Of a stretch of DNA of 32,000 nt, positions 17,397 through 25,391 are shown piece after piece. This DNA is from Candidatus Arthromitus sp. SFB-mouse-Japan. Its GTDB lineage: Bacteria; Bacillota; Clostridia; Clostridiales; Clostridiaceae. Location: NCBI RefSeq assembly GCF_000270205.1, contig NC_015913.1, positions 960,001 to 992,000 of the forward strand, written 5' to 3'. Every line of letters starts with the position of its first letter. Within the stretch, counting starts at the first letter, position 1. The notes below the pieces were generated by a model that worked only from the letters and a program-made list of their open reading frames with translations, was not told where the DNA came from and did no database searches. The translations under genes and the position numbers were made by a program.

Positions 17397-18343
17397 ATGA
17401 AAAAACATTATTTAAAAAATTATATAGTCGCATTTGGAGTAGCATCTTCTTTTTGTTTTTTCCCAAGTACTACAGCTAAAGCTGGACTATCAAAAAATCC
17501 AAGTGCTCTTAGTCTTTTATATAAATCTTTTACAAACCCAGATAAATCATTCGTTCGTCAAACAAATGATGGAAAAACTTTAGTTAGACTTTTATATTCA
17601 GATAATCCAACTACCACGACATCTAGACTGATACCACGACATCTAGACTGACTATACCAAAAAGCTCTGTTATTTTTACACAAAATGATAATGGTGAAAA
17701 TATTAAATTAGTAGAGGGTGGTAAAACAAAGCAGACTGTAAATTTACAAACTAATCAAAGTATATATGTAAAAACAACAACTAAAAATGGAGGTAGAAAA
17801 ATCATAACTGTAAAGCCTACCTCTACATCTTTAACAATTACCAGCGAAAAAATAAATAATAGAAATGAAGATGAAACAAAAGTTACAAAATTTAACTATC
17901 CGTCCGATCAAAATCCAAACGGAAGTTTCGAACAAGATATACATAAAAATAGTCGAACAGACCCATCATTACAAACTAGATATTACACTCGTGCTGATGG
18001 TTGGGATCTATCACTTTATAAAATATTTACTGAAAATAAAAATAGTGATGGTATTAATTCTAGATACGAAACCAAAGATTTAACTTTCGAAACACACGTA
18101 AATTCTAATGGTACTGCTCTGCAAAATGTTAAATTTAGCAGCGGAAATACCGAAACCACTTATACTACTACTGATGGCGTTACTGTCGTGACATCTAATA
18201 GTGGTGATAAATTTACTAGAAGTATATTTAATCCAGATAGTGAACTAATTTCAAAATTTGTTTCAACTCCTTTAGGATACGAAGAAACAACCTTCAATAT
18301 TGATGGTAGCATTAAATTATCATATAAAGTGACCAATCATTAA
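17397..18343 (+). pseudogene. Paralog family copy D, frameshifted by a 20-bp tandem duplication (repaired length 308 aa)
   Basis: GAGGA SD 10 nt upstream of ATG 17397. Signal peptide MKKHYLKNYIVAFGVASSFCFFPSTTAKA/G. The frame stops at TGA 17649-17651, inside the second repeat copy. A stop-free frame (+2) then runs 17651-18343 with no ATG, so it is absent from the ORF track. Deleting one repeat copy fuses both parts (235+692 nt = 309 codons) and restores the family motif TTSRLTIPKSS across the junction. Confidence 0.7.
17612..17651 (+). repeat. Perfect 2 x 20-bp direct tandem duplication (TACCACGACATCTAGACTGA)
   Basis: 17612-17631 and 17632-17651 are identical base for base. 20 is not a multiple of 3, and the second copy supplies the premature TGA. 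Confidence 0.95.
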
Positions 18344-18363
18344 ACAAAATCTAAAAAGCAAAA

Positions 18364-18392
18364 AAGCAAGTACAAACCGTACCTGCTTTTTT
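18364..18392. terminator. Bidirectional rho-independent terminator between convergent copy D and the ABC operon
   Basis: AAGCAAGTAC-AAACC-GTACCTGCTT (9/10 bp), flanked by an A-run upstream and TTTTGTTTTT downstream. Both strands therefore read a hairpin followed by a U-tract. Confidence 0.7.
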
Positions 18393-18409
18393 GTTTTTAT
18401 AAATTAATC

Positions 18410-20221
18410 CTAATTATTTTCTTCAAATTGACTGTTATACAAATCAGCATAAACACCATTTTGAGCCATAAGCTCATCATGATTACCATGCTCAATTATA
18501 TTTCCTTGTTTCATTACAAGTATCATATCAGCATCTTTTATAGTCGAAAGCCTATGAGCAATAACGAAGCTCGTTCTATTCTTCATAAGATTCTTCATTG
18601 CCTTTTGAATTAAAACTTCCGTTCTTGTATCTACATTACTTGTAGCCTCATCAAGAATAAGAATCTTCGGATCGGCAACAATCGCTCTAGCAATAGTTAA
18701 AAGTTGCTTTTGTCCTTGTGATATATTTGAAGCATCTTCATTTAATACAGTATCATATCCGTGTTCAAATAACCTTATAAACTCATCTGTGTGAGCTGCT
18801 TTGGAAGCTTCTATTATTTGATCATCTGAAACATTCTCAGAGCTATAAGATAAATTTTGTTTTATCGTACCATTAAACAACCAAGTATCTTGAAGAACCA
18901 TCGCAAAATTACTTCTCAAATAATCTCTTGTCATATCATTAATATCAACGCCATCAATCTTTATACTTCCACCGTTTATATCATAGAATCTCATCAAAAG
19001 ATTTATAAGAGTCGTCTTCCCTGCTCCTGTATGACCCACAATAGCTACTTTTTGACCAGGTTTAACCTCAAAACTAATATCAGTCATAAGAGGTTTCTCA
19101 GGATTATATCCAAATTTTACATGTTCAAAAGTAACTCTCCCATGTACTTCTGTTATTCTAGCATCTTTTGTAGATTCTGGAGTAAGTTCCTTTTCATCTA
19201 AAAATTCAAACACTCTCTCAGCAGCTGCCAAGGTTGATTGAAATAAACTAGCAATACTTGCAATCTGGTTTATTGGCATTCCAAATTGTCTTGAATATTG
19301 AATAAATGCTTGAATATCACCTATCCCGATTTTACCTATTATACTAAAGTATCCTCCAAGTAAAGCTATAATAATATAGTTTATGTTATTAACAAACATC
19401 ATTACAGGCATGATGACACCTGATATAAATTGAGCCTTCCAACCGCTTTCATATAAATTATTATTAATCTCATCAAACCTTTTAATATTATTAGGTTCAC
19501 GTCCAAAAGCTTTTACAACATTATGTCCTGAATACATTTCTTCAATATATCCATTAAGCTCTCCTATAGTCTTTTGCTGTTTCTTAAAATATTTTTGTGA
19601 TCTATTAACTAACGGCTTTATAATATTAGTACCAATAAATAAAACTGCAACAGTAATGATTGTCATAATAGGACTTATAGTTATCATAACAGCTATAACT
19701 CCAACTATAGTTATAATCGCAGAAATAAATTGAGTTAAGTTTTCTTGCAATGTTGTAGCAATCAATTCTATATCATTAGTTAATCGACTCAAAATTTCCC
19801 CATGAGTCTTAGTATCATAATAATTTAAGGGTATCCTAGAAATTTTCAAGTCTACATCACGTCTTAAATCATACATGGTACTTTGTCCAAAACCAGCCAT
19901 TATATAGTTCTGTAAATAAGTAAACAAACAACCCAATAAATAAAGAACAATAAGTAGTAAAATTATCTTTCCAATAAATCCAAAATCAATTCCACCGATT
20001 CCAGTTGCTATTCTAATAGATCCATCAAACAATTCATTAATTGCTAATCCCATAATCTTTGGACCCACAATATTAAATGCTTGACCTAAAATAGCGAAAA
20101 CAATAATCGATACTAAAATCCATATCCTAGGTTTAAAATATCCAAATAGTCTCTTGGCTGTCCCCTTAGATGGTTTGGTTCCTTTTAACTCTGAGAAATG
20201 TCCTACATCTTGTTTCTTCAT
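18410..20221 (-). CDS. ABC exporter permease/ATPase fusion subunit with canonical Walker B and degenerate signature motif
   Basis: 603 aa: a six-helix TMD plus an NBD. Walker A GHTGAGKTT, Walker B ILILDEATS (catalytic E present), and signature ISQGQ in place of LSGGQ. Confidence 0.85.
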   Translation of the reverse strand: MKKQDVGHFSELKGTKPSKGTAKRLFGYFKPRIWILVSIIVFAILGQAFNIVGPKIMGLAINELFDGSIRIATGIGGIDFGFIGKIILLLIVLYLLGCLFTYLQNYIMAGFGQSTMYDLRRDVDLKISRIPLNYYDTKTHGEILSRLTNDIELIATTLQENLTQFISAIITIVGVIAVMITISPIMTIITVAVLFIGTNIIKPLVNRSQKYFKKQQKTIGELNGYIEEMYSGHNVVKAFGREPNNIKRFDEINNNLYESGWKAQFISGVIMPVMMFVNNINYIIIALLGGYFSIIGKIGIGDIQAFIQYSRQFGMPINQIASIASLFQSTLAAAERVFEFLDEKELTPESTKDARITEVHGRVTFEHVKFGYNPEKPLMTDISFEVKPGQKVAIVGHTGAGKTTLINLLMRFYDINGGSIKIDGVDINDMTRDYLRSNFAMVLQDTWLFNGTIKQNLSYSSENVSDDQIIEASKAAHTDEFIRLFEHGYDTVLNEDASNISQGQKQLLTIARAIVADPKILILDEATSNVDTRTEVLIQKAMKNLMKNRTSFVIAHRLSTIKDADMILVMKQGNIIEHGNHDELMAQNGVYADLYNSQFEENN

Positions 20222-21948
20222 GACAATTCCTCCTCTGATAACTGAGATTTTGCAATTTCTCTATATACTTCACAATTATTAAGTAATTCTCTATGCGTTC
20301 CTATTCCAACAATTCTACCATTATCCATAACAATAATTTTATCTGAATGCATTACAGATGTTACCCTCTGACCTACAATTAAAACAATAGCATTCTTTAT
20401 ATTTTCTTTAAGAGCAGCCCTCAACTTAGAATCTGTTTTAAAATCAAGTGCAGAGAAACTATCATCAAACATATAAATTTTTGAATCCTTAACTAAAGCT
20501 CTTGATATCGATAATCTTTGCTTTTGTCCTCCCGAAAAATTCGTTCCACCTTGCGAAACATATGAGTCAATTCCATCTTCAAGACCGCTTACAAATTCAT
20601 AAGCCTGAGCAATTTTTAACGCTCTTTCCATTCTCTCATCAGTCGCAGATTCATCACCATATTTCAAGTTAGATCTAATAGTACCTGAGAATAACACAGC
20701 CTTCTGAGGAACATATCCTATACTATCTCTTAAATCCTTTTGAGTAATATCTTTAATATCAACACCATTCAAAAGTATTCTACCCTTAGTTACATCATAA
20801 AACCTCGTGATAAGATTCAAAATACTTGATTTACCTGAACCTGTTCCACCAATAATTGCAATCGTATCACCAGATTTGCATTCAAAATTTATATTTTCCA
20901 GATCATACTCTCCAGTATTATTGTAGGAAAAACTTACATTATCAAATTTTAAAGTAACTTCATTTGAATCAATTAATTTTTTAACATTCTCTATATCATT
21001 TATAGAAAAATCTGTTTCTAAAACTTCATTTATACGTTTTGCAGATGATATAGCTTTAGGTATCATACCAAAAAGCATGAAAAACATCATAAGAGAAATC
21101 ATTATTTGATTTGAATACTGTATAAATGCAATCAAATCTCCAACCATAAGAGTACTATCAGCAACTCTATGACTTCCAAACCAAACAACAGCTAAAGAAT
21201 TAAAATAAAATATAAGAAACATTATAGGAATTAACTTTGCGAAAATACGATATGCCTTACTAACCGAAAAAGTTAAATCTTTATTCGCATCATCAAATCT
21301 CTTTTCTTCATATTTTTGTTTATTAAAAGCTCTAATAACTCTTATACCAGTTAAATTTTCCCTAGAAATCAAATTAACCTTGTCAAGTTTTTTTTGTATT
21401 TTAGAAAATATTTTAATTGCTCTACTTCCTATTAAAAATACAACTATAAGAAGTATAGGGATTGATATTAAGAGTATTGTAGCTAACTTAATATCTTTAT
21501 ACATAGATACTATTAAACCACCTATAGCCATCATAGGACCTAATATCATCATTCTAAGTATTAATAATGTTACATTTTGAACTTGAGTTATATCATTAGT
21601 TGTTCTAGTTATAAGTGATGCAACTCCAAATTTATCAATTTCTTTTGAAGAAAATCCCTGAACTTTAATAAATACTCTCCTTCTTATCTCTTGTCCAAAT
21701 TTGACAGAAACTACAGATGATAACAAAATTGAAAATAAAGAAACTATAATTGCAACAATGACAACTCCAAGCATTTTCAAGCCTTGAATACTTATGATTT
21801 TCATATCACTATTCAATATTCCTTCATCTACAACTTTTGACATTATCGTAGGCAATAACAATTCCATCATTGATTGTACAAAAATTAAGAAAAATATAAG
21901 TAAAATCAAAAACTTATACTTCTTAAGATATTTAAACAAAGAAAACAT
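20218..21948 (-). CDS. ABC exporter permease/ATPase fusion subunit with degenerate Walker B and canonical signature motif
   Basis: 576 aa. Walker A GGTGSGKSS, signature FSGGQKQR, Walker B IYMFDDSFS (Asp replaces the catalytic Glu). Overlaps the downstream partner by 4 nt. GAAGGAGGA SD. Confidence 0.85.
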   Translation of the reverse strand: MFSLFKYLKKYKFLILLIFFLIFVQSMMELLLPTIMSKVVDEGILNSDMKIISIQGLKMLGVVIVAIIVSLFSILLSSVVSVKFGQEIRRRVFIKVQGFSSKEIDKFGVASLITRTTNDITQVQNVTLLILRMMILGPMMAIGGLIVSMYKDIKLATILLISIPILLIVVFLIGSRAIKIFSKIQKKLDKVNLISRENLTGIRVIRAFNKQKYEEKRFDDANKDLTFSVSKAYRIFAKLIPIMFLIFYFNSLAVVWFGSHRVADSTLMVGDLIAFIQYSNQIMISLMMFFMLFGMIPKAISSAKRINEVLETDFSINDIENVKKLIDSNEVTLKFDNVSFSYNNTGEYDLENINFECKSGDTIAIIGGTGSGKSSILNLITRFYDVTKGRILLNGVDIKDITQKDLRDSIGYVPQKAVLFSGTIRSNLKYGDESATDERMERALKIAQAYEFVSGLEDGIDSYVSQGGTNFSGGQKQRLSISRALVKDSKIYMFDDSFSALDFKTDSKLRAALKENIKNAIVLIVGQRVTSVMHSDKIIVMDNGRIVGIGTHRELLNNCEVYREIAKSQLSEEELS

Positions 21949-22434
21949 TTTGTTCCTCCTTCTTTTTATAATTTTATCGCAATTAAACTATTTTATCAGT
22001 TTTAAAATTAAAATTAGTTTCAAATAGGTTAAATTTATTAAATTAAGTTGAGTTATTAAATAAAAATTTATACAAAATTATAAAAAATATTTATCAAAAA
22101 ATAAACATTCTATAAACTATATCGATTATAAAAATAAAAACACTGTTATAAACCCTAAATAATAAAACGAAATATCATTTATTTTATGTGAATTTCAAAA
22201 TTTAATTTTGACACAATATTATTTAATTCCACCATTTTCATTTTGTTGCAATTTTAAATTCACGTAAAATATTTGAGATTTTGTTTTAAAATGAATCTGT
22301 GTCAATCAAAAAATTATAAGACTAAAATATAAATTTCACGTATTTTTAATGCTAGTTTGTTTAAAATATGTTAAAATTAAAACATAGTAAATGAAAATTA
22401 TTAGTGAGATTTCTAAAGTTTTGGAGGTAATTTA

Positions 22435-24174
22435 ATGATTGAGGTAATTATAAATGATAAAAAAATATCAGTTGAGAAAGGGAAAACTATACTACAAATT
22501 GCCAAAGATAATAACATAGAAATTAAAACACTATGTTTTATGGAAAATTGTTTAAATGTAAATCGTTGCGGAACATGTATGGTTGAAATTGAAGGGACTG
22601 GCGAAATCGTTCATGCTTGTTCGACTTTAGCTGAAGATGGAATGTTAATAAGAACAAATAGTGAAAGAGCAAATGAAAAAGTAAAAGAAAATATCTCAAA
22701 AATTCTTGATTCCCATAATTTTACTTGTGGTAAATGTAAACGTCGTGAGACTTGCGAACTTTTACCTATGGTTGTAAAAACTAAAGCTCGAGCATCTAAG
22801 CCATTTATTGTTAAAAATCATGAAGAATACATAGATAGTAGGAGTAAATCAATAGTTTTAGATAGATCAAAATGTATAAAATGTGGAAGATGCGTTGCTG
22901 TTTGCAAAGAACGTGTTGGAACTGAATCAATAATTTTTCATGATATAAATGGAGAAATTGTTGTTGGACCACAACATTTAGATTGTTTCGATGATACAAA
23001 TTGTATACTCTGTGGTCAGTGTGTAAATGTTTGCCCTGTTGATGCATTATCTGAAAAATCACATATTGAAAGAGTTAAAGAAGCACTCGAAAATCCAGAT
23101 ATTCATGTAATTGTTGCTATGGCTCCGTCTGTTAGAACTGCTTTAGGTGAACTGTTTAAAATGGATTATGGAGTTGATGTTACAAACAAAATTTACACTG
23201 CATTAAGAAAAATTGGATTTGATAAAATATTTGATCTAAACTTTGGTGCTGACTTAACTATAATGGAAGAAGCAACAGAACTTGTAAACAAAATTAAAAA
23301 TAATGATACAAATTTCCCAATGTTTACTTCATGTTGTCCTGGCTGGGTAAGACTTGCTGAAAATTATTTTCCAGAACTTTTAGACAATTTTTCTACAGCA
23401 AAATCACCTCAACAAATTTTTGGTGCTGCAAGTAAATCATACTATCCAGCTATAGAAAATCTTGATCCAAAAAAAGTATTTACTGTAACCATAATGCCTT
23501 GTACAGCTAAAAAATTTGAAGCTGATAGACCTGAAATGGTTAATAATGGAATAAGAAACATTGATGCTGTTATAACTACTCGTGAATTTGGAAGAATGCT
23601 AAAAGAATTAAAAATAGACTTTTCATCTCTTGAGGATGGAGAATTAGATGAGGCTATGGGACTTTATACTGGAGCTGGAGCAATCTTTGGAGTTACTGGT
23701 GGAGTTATGGAAGCTGCCCTAAGAAGTGCAAAAGATATGCTTGAAAATAAAGATCTTGACAAAATTGAATATAAAGATGTTCGTGGTTTCGAAGGAATCA
23801 AAGAAGCAACTGTTGAAATTAATAATAAAGAATACACCGTAGCCGTTGTTAATGGTGCATCTAACTTTTTCAAAATGATGAAAGACAATTTACTCGAGAA
23901 AAAACAATATCACTTCATTGAAGTTATGGCATGTTATGGTGGATGCATTAATGGTGGAGGTCAACCTTACGTTACTCCTGAAATGAGAAGTAAGATCGAT
24001 TATAAAAAATTGCGTGGAAATGTTCTATATAATCAAGATAAAAATTTAAAATATAGAAAATCTCATCACAATCCTGCCTTACTAAAAATGTATGATACTT
24101 ATATGGGGAAACCTGGAAAAGGATTGGCACACGAAATATTACACCAAAAATACAAAAAGAAAGAGAACAATTAA
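22435..24174 (+). CDS. hydA: [FeFe]-hydrogenase, CpI-like monomeric (M3) type
   Basis: 579 aa. N-terminal 2Fe-2S and multiple 4Fe-4S Cys clusters (CIKCGRCVAVC, CILCGQCVNVCP). H-cluster motifs TSCCPGW, MPCTAKKFE and EVMACYGGCINGGGQP. GGAGG SD. Confidence 0.93.
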   Translation: MIEVIINDKKISVEKGKTILQIAKDNNIEIKTLCFMENCLNVNRCGTCMVEIEGTGEIVHACSTLAEDGMLIRTNSERANEKVKENISKILDSHNFTCGKCKRRETCELLPMVVKTKARASKPFIVKNHEEYIDSRSKSIVLDRSKCIKCGRCVAVCKERVGTESIIFHDINGEIVVGPQHLDCFDDTNCILCGQCVNVCPVDALSEKSHIERVKEALENPDIHVIVAMAPSVRTALGELFKMDYGVDVTNKIYTALRKIGFDKIFDLNFGADLTIMEEATELVNKIKNNDTNFPMFTSCCPGWVRLAENYFPELLDNFSTAKSPQQIFGAASKSYYPAIENLDPKKVFTVTIMPCTAKKFEADRPEMVNNGIRNIDAVITTREFGRMLKELKIDFSSLEDGELDEAMGLYTGAGAIFGVTGGVMEAALRSAKDMLENKDLDKIEYKDVRGFEGIKEATVEINNKEYTVAVVNGASNFFKMMKDNLLEKKQYHFIEVMACYGGCINGGGQPYVTPEMRSKIDYKKLRGNVLYNQDKNLKYRKSHHNPALLKMYDTYMGKPGKGLAHEILHQKYKKKENN

Positions 24175-24191
24175 TTGTTCTCTTTCTTTTT
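24154..24191. terminator. Perfect 38-bp palindrome spanning the overlapping hydA and hydF stop codons (probable bidirectional terminator)
   Basis: AAAAAGAAAGAGAACAATT|AATTGTTCTCTTTCTTTTT has 19-nt arms with no mismatch, centred between 24172 and 24173. Both strands read hairpin-UUUUU. Confidence 0.6.
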
Positions 24192-25391
24192 AAATATTTC
24201 TATCGATCTTTCAAGTATTCCAGTCAAATAAGCTAATACAACCCCATAATTTGTAATACTAATTTCCTTCTCTTGACAAAAATTAATGCGATTAATAACA
24301 CTTTTCCTATTTATCATACAAGCACCACAATGTATAACCAAATCATATTCGTCAATATTTTCAGGAAAATCATTGCCAACATAAAAATCATATTTAAGTT
24401 CATATCCAACACGCTTATTTAATAATCTTGGAATTTTAACTCTTCCAATATCTTCATGTGAAATATTGTGACTACAACTCTCTGCAATCAATATTTTTGA
24501 ATCTTTATTCAATTTTTCAATCCTCTTAACACCTTTAACAAAACTCTCTAAATTTCCCTTATGCCTTGCAAACAAAATAGAAAAACTAGTTAAAGGTATA
24601 TTCTTTGGTACAATCTCCGAAACTTTTTTAAAAGCTTGTGAATCTGTTATAACAAGATCAATATCCTTCAGATCCTTTATACCTTCTTCAAGTTCTGTAT
24701 CCCTCAAAACATAGCTCTTTATACCATGATCTAAACAATCACGAATACATTGAACTTGTGGCAAAATTATTCTCCCCTTTGGTGCCTCTGAATCTATTGG
24801 TACGACCATAACGACCTTACTATTATAAGGAAGGATATCTCCAATTATAGGGATATCATGCTCACTTTCAGTAAAGATTTTAATTATTCTATTCTTTAAA
24901 TCGTCAATACCTTCTCCGCTCTCCGTTGAAACAAATATAGGACTTTCAAAATTATTATTTAATTCTTCACGATCCAAATTATCTAACAAATCAACCTTAT
25001 TTATAACAACTATATGAGGTATATTAAATTTCTTAAAATTAACCCTCATTTTCTCATATGAATGTTTATCTAAATCGTTACAATCAAACACATATATAGA
25101 AAGATCAACTCTCTTTAACGTATCATATGTCTTATTAAATCTTAACACTCCAAGTTCTGTATTATCGTTACTTCCTGCTGTATCAATAAACAAAACAGGT
25201 CCTATCGGTATAAGTTCCATTGGTTTTAAAACTGGATCTGTAGTAGTTCCTCCAATCGGTGAAACAATAGAAACATTTTGTTCCATAATCTTATTAATTA
25301 AAGAAGATTTCCCAGCATTCGTCTTTCCATAAATTCCAATATGCTTTCTATTGGAATTTGGAGTGCTAAACATATAAATCCCTTTCTCCAT
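24171..25391 (-). CDS. hydF: [FeFe]-hydrogenase maturation GTPase HydF
   Basis: 406 aa. G1 motif GKTNAGKSSLIN, then DTAG and NKVD. C-terminal cluster ligands CSHNISHED...HCGACM. An alternative start at ATG 25373 (MFSTPN...) has a better-spaced GGAGAAAGGGA SD. Confidence 0.9.
   Translation of the reverse strand: MEKGIYMFSTPNSNRKHIGIYGKTNAGKSSLINKIMEQNVSIVSPIGGTTTDPVLKPMELIPIGPVLFIDTAGSNDNTELGVLRFNKTYDTLKRVDLSIYVFDCNDLDKHSYEKMRVNFKKFNIPHIVVINKVDLLDNLDREELNNNFESPIFVSTESGEGIDDLKNRIIKIFTESEHDIPIIGDILPYNSKVVMVVPIDSEAPKGRIILPQVQCIRDCLDHGIKSYVLRDTELEEGIKDLKDIDLVITDSQAFKKVSEIVPKNIPLTSFSILFARHKGNLESFVKGVKRIEKLNKDSKILIAESCSHNISHEDIGRVKIPRLLNKRVGYELKYDFYVGNDFPENIDEYDLVIHCGACMINRKSVINRINFCQEKEISITNYGVVLAYLTGILERSIEIFKKKENN

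Noticed and set aside
17865-18083. 72-aa plus-strand track ORF (MKMKQKLQNL...).
   Set aside because: It lies out of frame inside the long stop-free frame (17651-18343) that continues copy D and aligns with the paralogs. Its translation is low-complexity.
14688-18409. A tRNA-associated genomic island or integrative element downstream of selC.
   Set aside because: There is no integrase, recombinase, transposase or phage gene. I found no direct repeat of the tRNA 3' end (GGTTCGATTCCTACATACTCTCGCCA or a fragment of it) at the distal border near 18344-18409. I therefore describe it only as an accessory-looking paralog array, not as a mobile element.
22187-22215. TGTGAATTTCAAAATTTAATTTTGACACA upstream of hydA as a CRP/FNR- or Rex-type site.
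   Set aside because: Only the outer TGTG/CACA tetramers are symmetric, and they are 21 bp apart. This does not fit TGTGA-N6-TCACA or the Rex TTGTGAA-N4-TTCACAA consensus. It is likely chance in AT-rich DNA.
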